Shown piece after piece: positions 25,164 through 39,162 of a stretch of 57,988 nucleotides of DNA (its first letter is position 1; each line of letters begins with the position of its first letter). The notes under the pieces were generated by a model. The model did no database searches. It was not told the origin of the DNA and worked only from the letters and a program-made list of their open reading frames with translations. This stretch comes from Trypethelium eluteriae (taxonomy: Eukaryota): NCBI GenBank assembly GCA_051942245.1, contig JAVECL010000082.1, positions 1 to 57,988 of the forward strand. The letters run 5' to 3'. The position numbers and the translations under genes are program-made.

Positions 25164-25853
25164 GAGGGGAAAGCACATGTTAGTCAGTGACCCAAAGGCC
25201 TCGCCAGCGCCAATTCACGGACAAGGTAGCTGACGAGGCTTTCAGTAGACCAAAGGCGGAGAGAAGTTCTCCTAGAGCTATTGATCGAGTGTATTACCCA
25301 TGCTCTCCGGCAGGCGCTTGTATCCCGATCTACGTACCTGCGCATATCGAAGAAGCGTTGAGAAATTGATCCACCCACCACTTTACCCATCGTCTCCGCG
25401 ACGCCGTAGTGGAAGGATGGGTGCCTTCTTTTCGTCTTCACCATCTTCAGCCACAGGCTTACAGATGCATTATATCTGATATGGAGCTTGTTGATATTAG
25501 TAAATAACTCGTCATCCAAATCGGGATCGGTATTCTGCATGACTTCCAGGCAAAACGGGAATAGTCTCCATAAATGCTTAGAACACCACCGCGTGTCAGA
25601 GTCAGATGATCGTTCCGCTTATAGAGTCCTTCATGCGCGGTTCCCCATCTACCATGGAAGTCTTAAAGGAAAGAGGGGAAAGTCAAATCTCATCACTTCC
25701 CGGGGCAGCCGCTGTGTTAACATAAGTAAGTTAATCGCTCGCCTCCTCCAACACCTTTTTTTCTTCAGGGCCCTCTTTCACTCGTTCTTCACATTCTGTT
25801 CGTTTTGCGGTACACGGCCTCGTTCCCCGGCCCTTTCCCCCAACGCACAAAAT

Positions 25854-26981
25854 ATGAGGTGCCAGACTTATCTCGCAGTAGCTACTGCTCTCTTAGGCTT
25901 CTCTTCTTTCGTGTTAGTGCTCTGATGTCCCCTTCGAGACTGTACTGGAGGGACAGTTCTTAGTTTTCCCACCTTCTGTATATGACGTCCAGTGCGAGCT
26001 AATTGAGTACTTTTGCATAGTACTGGGGCTCCGGTCAAGGGTGCGAAGTCATCTTCCATTGTCGTCGATGAGAACACCTCGTACGGGCTGAGCCAAAGCT
26101 CCAAATATGAAGAGCATTCCAAGGATGGCAATTCAGTGTTCAAATCAGTGGAAGACGGATCCCGCCAAAAAGACAAGAACGTCGATGTAGCCATCCACAA
26201 CGAGAAGCGCGAGTCTGGCTATAAGTACAATCTTCATGAGCATAATCACGGTGACATTGACTTTGATGGCTCCTTCTGGGATAAGTCCAGGGACGGCACC
26301 CGCAAGGCTGATGTCAACTTCCACGGGGACAAATGGGACGACAAGAATGTCAAAGGCTTCAAGGACGAGAGCAACGGTAAGGAGAAAGCTGCGTTCCAGT
26401 TGGATGAAAAACACTCCAATAGAACACATTTGGACGTTTTCAAGACCACGCAGGGCTCTCCCAGACCACCTCCTCCGCCGTCAAGTGGGCCACGTGGGAG
26501 CAAATTCTCCGAGAAGCTGCGCAACGCGGCTGCATCTCTCAAAGGGAAGAAGCTTCCGCACAAGCGCGAACGCGGAGATGTAAAGTTCCATAAGGACGAG
26601 CACATTCACGACGACAAGCACGATGTCGTAGAGGGTGCCAAGACCGGAGCCCATCCGCCCAAGGGATGGAAACCTTACTCGGAGGTCAAGGATGGACACT
26701 ATGATGCTCAACATCTGGACGAAACCCACATTAAGTTCGATGGTGTTAAAGGGCTGCCGCCGAAACCTACTCTACTCAGACGTGATACTACGTCTGAGAA
26801 ATCAACACTGAATGAGCAGAATTTTGCTGAGGAGCATGTTCATGCGGTGACGGAGGAAGACAAGGCTGCCAAGACGAAGGATTTGAAGGTCGACAAAAGC
26901 AAGGAAGCTTGGGGCCAGAAGGACTTCCACTTCGACGGTAAAAAGATCTTCGGGCGTTTGCTTCGGATCTGGCAATCGTGA
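25854..26981 (+). CDS. Orphan secreted His/Asp/Lys-rich protein with dibasic (Kex2-like) sites, 2 exons
   Basis: Signal peptide MRCQTYLAVATALLGFSSFV|TGAPV. An intron (GTTAGT about 25913..GCTAAT..TAG 26020) joins in phase to the 322-codon ORF, which has C/G-rich third codon positions. Confidence 0.8.
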
Positions 26982-27236
26982 TCCATGAGCACTGCTGCGG
27001 GTTGGACGGGAAGCTTGACTGGAGATAGATTTGACATGGCGTTCCAGCTCGCCTCCAATAAATAGATACTCAAGTCCTGTCATCTTGTCCCTAGTCAAAT
27101 GCAAGCGCGGTCATGCCGTATTAGGTGGGTAGCGTTTGCAAAGCATACTTCGTGAAGAAGCACGAATAGAGTGATGCAGAAGCCGGCTAAGATTCCGGGG
27201 AACGAGAAGATCCGTCTTCAGCCGATTTCCATTATT

Positions 27237-27729
27237 GGACAATTTAGCAGCGGCACCGATACCCCATGAAAGCCAACCTGATCCTGCAAACAGTTCTGTT
27301 CGTCGGCTACCACGTCTTGGGGATAGTGTTGCACGTATGGGTAAGGAAGGTATGTGTGTTGAATAAAAATCTTCGCACAGTACTCTATGTCGTAGGTTTG
27401 TCAGCGGCGTTGATCACGAGCCGGTGCGCTTATCGTGCGGTCGAATATTTTTTCGCCTTTATTGACTACCTCATGTCTATAGCCACAAGGTATTCCTTCG
27501 AGTTTTCGATGCAGCAGCAATTGTCCTCAATTCCATCTTACTCAACGTCCTTCACTTAGCAAGATATCGACCGGAATCGACTGAGAGTTATTCGCAACGC
27601 GATGGGAACGAACCCATTGCGCCTGGATGGCAAAACAAGCGGCCATCCTCGATGATAGTTCTAGGACCAGTCTTATCCATGCAGCTGCTCAAGAGACATA
27701 ATGAACAAATATCGGGAAATGAGGACTAA
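27237..27729 (+). pseudogene. RTA1-like (lipid-translocating exporter family) relic: C-terminal half only, frameshifted
   Basis: MKANLILQTVLFVGY..VLNKNLRTVLYVVGLSAALITSRCAYRAVEYF, then in another frame VFDAAAIVLNSILLNVLHLARYRP..RDG..PGWQNKRP. These correspond to RTA1 motifs RxxYRxxE, FD..LN.HP and GPGW.D.RP. No N-terminal TM segments were found. Confidence 0.7.
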
Positions 27730-29176
27730 ATAGGTGGAACAAACGGAGAGAACAAGGCGGAAGGACAGCCGATTGAGCTATTAAGAATATTAATTAAGTC
27801 GACTCGCGAAAGCTTGATGAAACGACCATGTATCTCCTAATGCTTTCCTAACTAGGCTGGGGCAAATGTATATGCATCCAAAACGCTAGTGAAGTAGACC
27901 ATTTGCTGGTAACGTTCACACTAGGGTTGCATGGCCACTAAATATCATGCAGTGATGCTGCTGAATGGCGGATCGCGCCTCGTGTAGAGTAAAGTATGCC
28001 TTCACTTCCCATTGTCTTCGCTTTGTTCTTGCAATGGGATACTTGAGAGAGGATAAGTGAAAATGAGCACAGTCGTACAGGAGATGGAGTTCTCTTGTGA
28101 CGGATGAATCCGGTGTGTAGGTACCTAGGTACTTACCGGTGTACCCGCAGTCTCCAGCAATCCAGTTAGATACAGCACAAGAGAAAGGCCTGATCCAAGT
28201 AGACCAGGCTTCTAACTACAATCCGATTGGCATTCTTATCCCAGACAAGATGAGGCAGCCGTGCGCTGTAGTATTTATGTGGAGTTCCGTGCATTGATAC
28301 CTACCTACCTAGGTAGCAAGTACGACCAAGGCTCTGTAAGGGGAGTTGATCCGGAGCCCGACGCATTGCGATGGAGCTGTCAGGGTCTCGGATGTTGATA
28401 TCTGGATTCTCTTTAGTGGTAGGATTATTATGCGACCTGGTAATACTGTACTAGTATTACACTCCACATTGGTCGCTCAGGTACGCAAGATCTGGGTGAT
28501 ACGGATCTGCAAAGGATGCCGTCGGCACGAGAGTGGATACAACGCCCTTTGCTGCAGGGACTTGACGGAGTGGGCGAACCAGACGGAAAGGCGCGCATGG
28601 TCACACCAGGCACAAGAGCCGCTTTGAGCAATTTACTCCGTGACTGAGGCATGAATTCCGTAAAATAACTCGAGACAGAGCAGCAGCGTGGAGAGGGCGA
28701 CTCGGTTTCCGAAAGCCGCCCGCCTCGTGCCAACGTCGCGCCAAGCCAAGCCTTCCTAGTAGCTTGCGCCATAAATGTTTGTTCCACCATCCTGCCTACA
28801 GCTCATTGTTAATACTTCTGTACTTAGTGCTCAGCTTCTACCTAGGTGCTTCACACCCATCTAGCATCTGTTCGGGCTTCGGCTGACGAGAGAGGCTGGC
28901 CTGACGCCCTCGTCTCCGGTCTCACGGCACAGACCTGATTACTTGTGTCGTCCTGCAAGAGAGTGGAGCACAGCTTGTTCACCAGTAGAAATGCATCTGA
29001 CACCGGTTCCCGGATGGGATTATTTAAGAAGTGTAGGTAAGCCTCCCAGAGCCGCCGGAAAAGATCTCTGGTCCCCCTACCCATTCCGGCACGATCCACG
29101 CTTTTCTTGCCCTCCACTTCCCCAGAGTAGACTTCTGCCTTTGCACGCCTGAAATTCCTACGTGAGATTAGACAAA

Positions 29177-30655
29177 ATGAGCGGAACCAACGGAACCAGT
29201 CATAACGGAGTCGGAGCTGCTACAGAGAGCGCAGCATCGAAACTCGATGCTCTGGTCCAGATTTTCGACAAGAATGCCAAGTTCTTGAGCTCATCCTCTT
29301 CACAAGATTTGTCCGGTACCTCAGAGGCTGAACAGAATGCTCGAAGGAGTCTGCTCGATGCATCCCTTGAAATCCAAAGACTGGTGGCCACTCCCGAGGA
29401 TTTCATCGAGCAATTGCAGATCAATGTGAGTAACACCCATCGCCCTACTTAGGTACTTTCATGCCGCATGGTCAACGCAACGCGAGTCTGACGATTCCCC
29501 TTTCGATAGTACGAGCATCTTGCCGCTTTTGATTGGCTCACCGAATTCGGTGTGCTCAACCACATCCCCATTAACCAAACGCTTTCATTCGAAGATGTTG
29601 CCACTTCTGCCAAAGTTCCCGCAGATAGATTAAGGCGAGTCGTTCGGATGGCAGCCACTAGCAATATCCTGCAAGAGCCGACTCCTGGATATGTGGCTCA
29701 CAGCCGACTGTCTGCTCAGATAATCTCAGACCCAACCTACCTGGCCTGGGTGAGATACGTCATCAAATACGGATCCACCGCTGCAGGCCACTTTGCCAGA
29801 GCCGACAAGAAATGGGACCACTCGAAGGAGAAGAACCATACGGCATGGAACATGGCACAGAACGTCGACGAGCCACTCTTTGTCCATGTTGGGAAAAATA
29901 AAGAAATGACGGCCGACTTCGCCGGATATATGAAGAACATGAAGAAGAGTGAAGGCTTGTCCCTGAAGCACGTTTTGAGTGGATTTGACTGGGCTTCTCT
30001 TGGCGAAGCGCATGTGGTCGACGTAAGTCCAACCAGTTCCTTTTCTCCGTGGAGTCATCGGTGCAGCGCGGTTGTGCTTGCATCGAAGCTGTTGATTCTC
30101 CAGTCCAAGAGGAACTGAGCTAACAGCGATTAGATTGGCGGCTCCTATGGCGACTACAGCATCCTGGTTGCCTCCCATTATCCTTCTCTCCGATTCACTA
30201 TCCAGGATCTTCCTGAGACTATTGAGCAAGCTAAACAGATCCTCCCAACCCTCGATCCAGCTGTTGCATCTCGGATTACCTTCTCCGCTCACAGCTTCTG
30301 GGACTCGCAGCCCATCCGCGATGCTGACGTCTTCTTCCTGCGCAGAGTCCTCCATGATTGGCCTTTTGCTGAATCGCAGAAGATCTTGCAAAACCTTGCC
30401 GAGGCCCTGAAGCCCGGAGCCGTTATAGTGATCATGGATGCCGTCTTACCGGTTCCTGGATCCAGGCCCGCACGTCAAGAGGCGATGCACAGGGTCAGGG
30501 ATATGCACATGGCTCAAAGTCTTAACGCCAGGGAGCGAGAAATTGGCGAGTGGGAGGAGCTGTTCAACAGCACAACCCCCAAACTTAGGTTGAAGTCCGT
30601 GAACGAGCCAGCGGGAAGCCAGTTGTCGCTGTTGGTTGCGACGAGGGATAATTGA
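29177..30655 (+). CDS. SAM-dependent O-methyltransferase (fungal secondary-metabolism class, Methyltransf_2), 3 exons
   Basis: Exons 29177-29425, 29510-30022 and 30134-30655. N-terminal dimerisation wHTH (LRRVVRMAATSNILQEP..VAHS), motif HVVD|IGGSYG, FTIQDLP, catalytic RRVLHDW, ARERE..W. Confidence 0.92.
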
Positions 30656-30930
30656 GACCAAAAGGACCTAAATCTATCCAGTCTTCTTTGAAGAAATATG
30701 TCCAATCCATTATGGGAATGTCACGCGGAAAGGGAGCAAGCATAATTTAACGGTGTACGTGAGAGGTAAAGCGTATGGGTTGAGTTGTGGATACCGGATT
30801 TGTGTGTACAAATGAAAATTCTATATATTACGTAACGTGAACCGAACCTGCTGTTACATACCTAGGTACATTGATATCCCAACTCTGAAGCAAGACTTTT
30901 GCCTCAAGCACTTCATCTATGGAGTAGTAT

Positions 30931-31320
30931 CTAATCTGCAATTTTCTTAGTAAAGGCATCTAAGTACCGTCTTGACTTAAAGATAATTTTCGAAGGTACC
31001 TAGCTCGGTGAGAAAGATACTTACAATCTGTAGCTTGAGGATGTTCCGGCGGAACAAAAGGAAATGCTAAACTATCCACGACTCGAAGCCACTGGATCCC
31101 AAAGACTCGAGCATGTGAATCAACCACAGCCATAGTATCGTTAGCCCAAGCCAACACACTACCCAGGTAGCATTTAAGCTATGAAATCTGCATGGAGATG
31201 AAAAGCGACCTAATGTGCAGTGCCAACAGCAGACTTATCAAGGCAGTGAAGTTGTGGGTTACCCGTAGTAATGCCGTCATTGGATGGAGAGCAAACCAGA
31301 GGAGAGGGTCACAACAGCTT
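30931..31320 (-). pseudogene. GMC oxidoreductase C-terminal relic
   Basis: DTMAVVDSHARVFGIQWLRVVDSLAFPFVPPEHPQAT, then intron GTAAGT..TAG, then YAFTKKIAD*. This matches the GMC_oxred_C end (VVDxxARVxGVxxLRVVDASxFP..GHPQ..YALAEKIA). Upstream sequence carries stops and lacks the rest of the gene. Confidence 0.75.
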
Positions 31321-31557
31321 CATTGTACCATTTCGTGAACCCATTCTACACTAATAGCTCAAAATCTGCAGGCATTATGTTGAGAAGGGCACGATGACTC
31401 TGAGATTTGCCCCCCCCCCCTCCTCCCTCTCCTGAACAGCTGCCACTCGAGGTATCAATTTCTTCCAGAATCCAACTTGTTTCTAAGGTGTTGCTAAGTG
31501 ACTTCTATTCTTCTATTGTCATCTAAACTGTACCCATATTGCTGTTCAAGACCACGT

Positions 31558-33793
31558 CTACAATCTTGCCTGTATACTTCCTTTGCTTCCTTCCGCTTCG
31601 ACCTCCTCATATAACTGATCAAGGGTACTGCGATACTTTTTCGCCGTCTGCGGCCGCTTGAGCTTAAGCCTATCAGATCATTAGTACATCGATCTTCTGC
31701 CTTGCACACGACAAATACTCACGTAGGGGTCAAGAGTTCATTCTCAACCGTAAACGGTTCAACCATTAACGCCACCTTCTTCACTCGTTCCCATTTGTTA
31801 AACTTCTGCTTCTTCCCGACACGTTCCAGTTGCTCCCAAACCTTCTCCCTGACTTTCACATCCGTACACGCCTCCCGAATGCTCTCCCCACCATCCACCT
31901 CTGCGCCCTTCACCTCCCTGCCTAGTACCTCAGTCGCCCACGCCGGGAATATTGCAGGATCAACCCCAAAAATCGCTACCAAAGAATCCCTTCCGCTGTC
32001 CCCATGCACATATGCCATCTGGAGGAAGCTCAACGCCGCCAGGTACGCGTTTTCGATGCGCTCAGGACTCACATATTCACCCTGCGCCAACTTCAACACG
32101 TTCTTCACCCGATCAATCACCTTAAACCTGCCCATTTCATCGATCGCACACACATCTCCCGTGCGGAACCAACCACCCGGCAACATCGCCTTCTTCGTCT
32201 CCGCCTCATTTTTGAAGTACTCGCGAAACACAGTCGGACCCCGCACCAGCAGCTCCCCACGCGGATGCGGCTTGTCGGTCGTCAGGTACTCCATGTCCGG
32301 CACGTCCTGCAGACACAGCTCCGAGCAGGAACCCGGCGCGCCACAGTTGCCGCTCGAGAAGTCGCCGGGCAGCTGGCCGAGCCCGACGGCGTACGTCTCG
32401 GTGAGGCCGTAGCCCTGCATGAAGTGGTTAGCGAAGACGACGCGGAGGAACTGGTGGAGAGAAGGGTCGATAGGGGCGGAGCCGGAGATCATGGTTCGCG
32501 TGCGCTCGAGGCCGAGGGCGCTGGCGACACGTCGGCCCCAGACACGATCGTACAGGGTATGTTTGTTGGTCGGGTTCGTCGGATTGGCGAGGTTGGCTTG
32601 CTTGGTGTTGAGAATGTACTGGGAGATGGAGCCGCGGATGCCTGGCTGCTGGACGGTGGCGGCTTTGATGGCACTGCCAAAGCGGTTATAGAGACGAGGC
32701 ACGGAGATGAAGGCGTCGGGGCGGACGAGCTTGAGGTCGTCGACGAGTTCGACGATGTTACCGTGGAAATAGGCAGTTCCGCCCCCGACCCACATAGAAG
32801 CGTGTTCAGAGACTCGTTCGTAGATGTGAGCGAGAGGAAGGTATGACAGGACCGTGCCACCAGGCTTGGGGGACGCAAGTACTAGCGAGCTTGAAGCACC
32901 GCTGATGGCGTTCTGATGGGTAAGCACAACTCCTTTTGGGTTGCCCGTCGTACCAGAGGTGTAGTTAATGGTCGCGATGTCGGTTGGTTTCGGAGGATTA
33001 TACGGTTGTGCAGAGGCCGCACCAATTGCTTCGACATCACGGATATAATGTATGTGAACTCCCAGATCTTTGCCAATTGAGTTGAGGAGATCGGCCTTTG
33101 ATTGGCCAGCTTGTTCACCTGCATCAATGGGATCCAGGCATACAATTATTTTGAGTGTAGGTAATCGAGGCTTCAGTTTCAGGAGAGTTGGAATGTGGTT
33201 CAGGGATGCTGCAACACAAGCCAACTCCGCGTGGTTGATGATGTACTCAGTAGTATCAGGTCCCAGCGTATCGTAAAGGGAAACAGTGAAAAGGCTCTGC
33301 GATGAACAACCAAGGTCTAGCCGACCGTCAGTAAAAGGTGATGACTACCACGTCTGGCGGTTTTGGCTCTTGGTAACTAACCTACTATTTGCCACTCTGG
33401 ACGATTTTGACACCACAGTCCTATTCCGTACTGAGATCCCGTGACGTCTATCCGTTTATGCAGCTCAACTATCCCAATACCAAAATTTGCCCTTCTTCTT
33501 TGTACAGTCTGGTAGTCCTCCCATATGTAGTTCTCAAAGGCCTTGGTTGCAGGATTATAGGGCCGACGTCCTAGACACCTATTTCGAGGATATCGAGTGG
33601 CTGCTTGCTCAAAAAGATCGTGTAGTGTCCGTATCGACGGATCTAATGTCACACAAAGCTCATCTTGGAACAGCCAATGCCGGTATACTGCGGTTCTTCC
33701 TTGCTCTTCCGATCCAGGAACTTTCACACCATGATGCTGACCTGGCGGAGGTTCCCTGTAATATTCGGCGGCTCGCTCCAGGCCTAGTGCCAT
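31558..33793 (-). CDS. Long-chain fatty acyl-CoA synthetase with C-terminal PTS1 (-ARL), peroxisomal; 3 exons
   Basis: AMP-binding motifs INYTSGTTGNPKG, QGYGLTE, WFRTGD and IDRVKNVLKLAQGEYVSPERIE. The last exon after intron about 31670-31722 reads LKLKRPQTAKKY...GSIQARL*. Confidence 0.93.
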
Positions 33794-34225
33794 GATTTTG
33801 GGACACTGGAAGATAATGAATGCGTTACTCTGATATGCAGAAGCGACGTTCAGAAGGGTCTCGTATCGGCTTGACGGTCTGGCAAGATCTTCTAGACCGA
33901 TCTATTATAACAGGGAGTCTCCTACAAAGCCAGCCAGTCAGAATCGTCAATCGCCATTTAGGGTATCAGCGATAGGAGGTCTATCAGCGTTTAGACGGAG
34001 GGGATGATGCATACCCAAGTCTGTTAGTCGGCAATGACGTATTGAAATCCTTAGATGAACCGCTCCGTCTATACGAAGAGGGGATGCAAACAAGACTGGA
34101 AACCAAGGCGGATGCAAACGACAAGATGGTGAAAAGCGAGCAGACGAAAGATTCACTCGCGAAAGCCAACGAATTGAGGTCAAGTGAAAGTCTGCCTCTT
34201 ACCGGCGCCGCCAGAAGTCGAGGGA

Positions 34226-34231
34226 CCTCGG
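34226..34231. promoter_or_regulatory. Candidate FarA/FarB (CCTCGG) fatty-acid induction site
   Basis: CCTCGG lies about 430 bp upstream of the peroxisomal acyl-CoA synthetase ATG. CCTCGG is the established FarA/FarB core in Aspergillus fatty-acid catabolism genes. A 6-mer can also occur by chance. Confidence 0.4.
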
Positions 34232-34708
34232 CAGCTGCGGAGCTATGCTTGTTTTTAGGGCAAGTCCCGAAGAACATATGGAATAGGGTCTTGGACGAAC
34301 CCGGCAAATTATGGTCGGGAAAGCTGTATATCGGCAGAGCCGATGCGGATCATGATTATCGCGCATCGGAGTGGCTGCGTCCAAGAGGATCTCATCTACC
34401 TAGTGACCTAGATGTAGAGCCTCTCATCACATGTCCGGCGCATCACAAATTGCATGCTTCACATGCATAGACAGGGGTGGCACATGGAGTGCATCGAGTT
34501 GCATTATGACGTAGGCGGCAGAAACTGGCAGAACTTGGTAGCTACAGTGGCTACCCACCCTTAGGTACTTGGTACTGTAGACTGGAGTACCTCATCGCTC
34601 TCATGCCCATCTTTACAATATACGATATATATCAACCACCTGCAAGGAATGCTTCAAGACGCTATACACGAACGATTTACCTGGAGATGTGTACTTATCG
34701 CTACAGTC

Positions 34709-36393
<1,685 letters not shown>

Positions 36394-37426
36394 ATTGATA
36401 TGTCCTTTGATGCGTTTCGACCGAGAGTTTGATCTCATACAATCTCCTCGAAACCGGCCGGTGGGTTCTGCAATCGGGGGACACAAATGCAAGCTGCCCA
36501 GAGGCTAAGCGAGTCACAATTCTATTGAAATAAAGGGTGCAGAGGTGATGTGATACCCCGCCATTTTCGGTCATGGTGGAGCACGCAATTTCGCTGGACG
36601 CTTCTCGCGCCAAAAAACCCCCCACCATGGGGCTGCTGCATGCAGTCATAATGCATTTCGGCTGTGATCTACCCCAGGACCTCCCCCAACTAGGTATGGT
36701 GAGCTCTGAAGCTCTGCTCGAAAACGAAAGGAGTTTCTAAATGGGCCTAGGACGGATATGATACGTCAAATACGCAGTCGCATCATAGAGAGTGTTGTCG
36801 CGATCTCTCAGACCAAACGTGATACAATCGTCACTCGCTCGATAGAGCATTATTGTATATTAGCGAAGTTTACGACTTAAGTCTGCATCTAGTCCGACTG
36901 GCCGATTCTCAGTTGTGCAGAAAATCAGCTGCTCCGGCAGAACGGAGTCAATGCAAGGAGGTTCACCGTACAGAAGTGTAATCAGTCCTTACCAGGCTGG
37001 GACAGCTGAACATCTAGAGACTTTAGTGATGTACTGGTTTGCAATCCTTCCTTGCATGTAGTCCGCATTCTCCTCTTAAGCCACTCCCAATTTACCTTCC
37101 CCATGCCGTAGGTTCTTGTGATCATGTCCGTAGATAGATGCTGTGACACATTAGACGGCCTTTTGAAAGAGCCCCACAAACGTATGCATCCCTCGCTGAT
37201 TGTATGTGTGCTTAATAGTCAAAGATACAAGCCCGTCTCTGCACCGACTTGCAACTTCGTGCGTTGGAAACTTTCATGTGACTTTCTGAGCAAGCAGTCA
37301 CTTTACTTTTGAAGCAGCCTGGACGAGAAGAACTTCTGATTACTCTTACTATGTTTTACTATAACCAAAACGCCTCCCAGGCTTGAGATTCCCTCTCTCC
37401 AGAAACTGAAAGGACAGCCTCACACG

Positions 37427-37930
37427 ATGCTTCGAACCTGGATACAAAGATTGAAAAATTCGAACAGGAATCGGCGTCGCAGTCTGCGGGTCTCCACTGT
37501 CATACCTCTGTACATCGATACTCTTCACGAAGTATATCCGAAGAATGACTCTCGCATTGCTTTCCTTATTCGAGAGGCCCAGAGCAAAGCCGCCAAGCCA
37601 ATATGGGAAGACTTGGAGAGATTCGCCAGCACTGGCAATGACGAATCTGATCTTGATCATTTCCGCCTCCCACGCTTGACTCTGGAGCAGCGCTGGGATA
37701 ATCTAGACTATGCGTCGTATGTCCAAATGTTGGGGGGAGAAAATCCAGAAGAGAAACTCAACAGAAGCATCGTAAGACGACTGCTCCGCAAGCAGCTGAC
37801 GGAGAAAGGGGGCACTTGGCCTAAGCACATGCAACTTAGAGTGAATCAAATACTGAAGGATGAGAAACTGTATTGGAGGCATTTGAGTGATCGCGAGAAT
37901 GATGAGGATGATAAGAAAATGAGCGATTAA
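37427..37930 (+). CDS. Hypothetical orphan protein (167 aa)
   Basis: ATG-initiated uninterrupted ORF with a helical, protein-like composition. No family recognised. Confidence 0.45.
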   Translation: MLRTWIQRLKNSNRNRRRSLRVSTVIPLYIDTLHEVYPKNDSRIAFLIREAQSKAAKPIWEDLERFASTGNDESDLDHFRLPRLTLEQRWDNLDYASYVQMLGGENPEEKLNRSIVRRLLRKQLTEKGGTWPKHMQLRVNQILKDEKLYWRHLSDRENDEDDKKMSD

Positions 37931-38353
37931 ATAGCGGTAAGATTGTGCAAGAAATAATCTTCTTGTGCATGACTGCTAGCGCAAGTTCCGACATGAACAT
38001 TGCCTGTGACAATAATGCAGGGATCCCTGAATATGAAGAACTTTGGTCTTCTGCCATAAGATTGACATTATTCAACTTGTAAGTGCCATGTAGAGGTTTC
38101 GCCAGGGGCATTTGGGGATCTCTTATCGCCATACAGTTACGTTGCTATGATGGGGAGGACAAGCTCTGATCAGTATTCTAATCCGCAGAATTCAGCAATT
38201 GAGCATGCAGCGGATGCTTACCTTAGGTAGTGAAACCAAGAGGGATCTGCCGGCGGACCTCTTGTACTACATTTTCCGGATAAAACCACACGGACAGCTA
38301 CGATACGTAATACATCGCGTCAAGGAGCGCGGCAATTAAACCCATAATTTGAG

Positions 38354-38401
38354 CATCATGAGATACACCGTGAGATACATCATGAGATACATCAAGAGGT
38401 A
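38354..38401. repeat. Minisatellite, 4 x 12 bp (CATCATGAGATA consensus)
   Basis: catcatgagata caccgtgagata catcatgagata catcaagaggta read directly. Confidence 0.85.
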
Positions 38402-39162
38402 TCCAGAGGGGGTTGTAGATGAGCGTGTAATTTCAGCCTCCAATGTCCGGCCTGACCAGAGCCGCAATGGCAACGACAGTGAGGATAGAACTATCTGAAG
38501 CGCGCATGGACGACATAGTGAACCACACAAAGATCTTGACGAAAGATGACCGAATGATTTGCGGGTTTATCGAGAACGAAATGGTTACTGATCCCATCTT
38601 CAAGACTGCCGCTGCTTATAGTTTAGATGGGTATAGTACAATGTGAAGTAGCCTGTGAAAAATAAGATACCTAGTACCTGTAGGTACATTAGCACCATGG
38701 GACGATTAGGTAGGGTAGCACCGTAGGGTGTTAGCATGCTTACCTTGGCCAGGAACCAGGGGCCAGCACCTGAGCCCGACGTCGTTTAGCAAGGGGCTGC
38801 TGAGTCAGTCAAGGTGCCTTAGGCACATCCATGCAATTGTAGGTAGGTACCTAATCTCTTCCGGAGCTTCAAGGTCGAGAGATTTCTTGTCATACGGATT
38901 GCTCCCCCCAGAGCACGCACGCTTGTAACGTCTCGGGGGTTTAATAGCCCCTGCCGGCTCTGTCTCTGTGACACACTGTGATGTGGCTAGACCTGGACGA
39001 GACGCGTTGTTTCGCTGCTGCATTCTGCACAATAGGCCTTACTCTATGACAGACAATTTGCTTCGCTTTCCTTACAGAGCTCCCGGCCTCTTCCACCTAC
39101 GTTACGTTCTCCAAAATCCTCCATGAACGCAACGAACAACCGTCTAGCTGTTTGCTGCGTGG

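Noticed and set aside
31702..32846. Long plus-strand ORFs (236 and 280 aa)
   Set aside because: Antisense shadows of the GC-rich acyl-CoA synthetase exon.
34042..34470. 142-aa ORF between acyl-CoA synthetase and MET17
   Set aside because: Non-ATG start and no recognisable motif; it overlaps the synthetase's presumed promoter/leader.
36511..36650. GAGTCA (CpcA/Gcn4-like) and ATGCAGTCAT (CYS-3/MetR-like) upstream of MET17
   Set aside because: Short or imperfect matches to consensus; cannot be distinguished from chance.
38354..38401. Short tandem repeat as a CRISPR-like array
   Set aside because: Eukaryotic context, head-to-tail 12-mers with no spacers.
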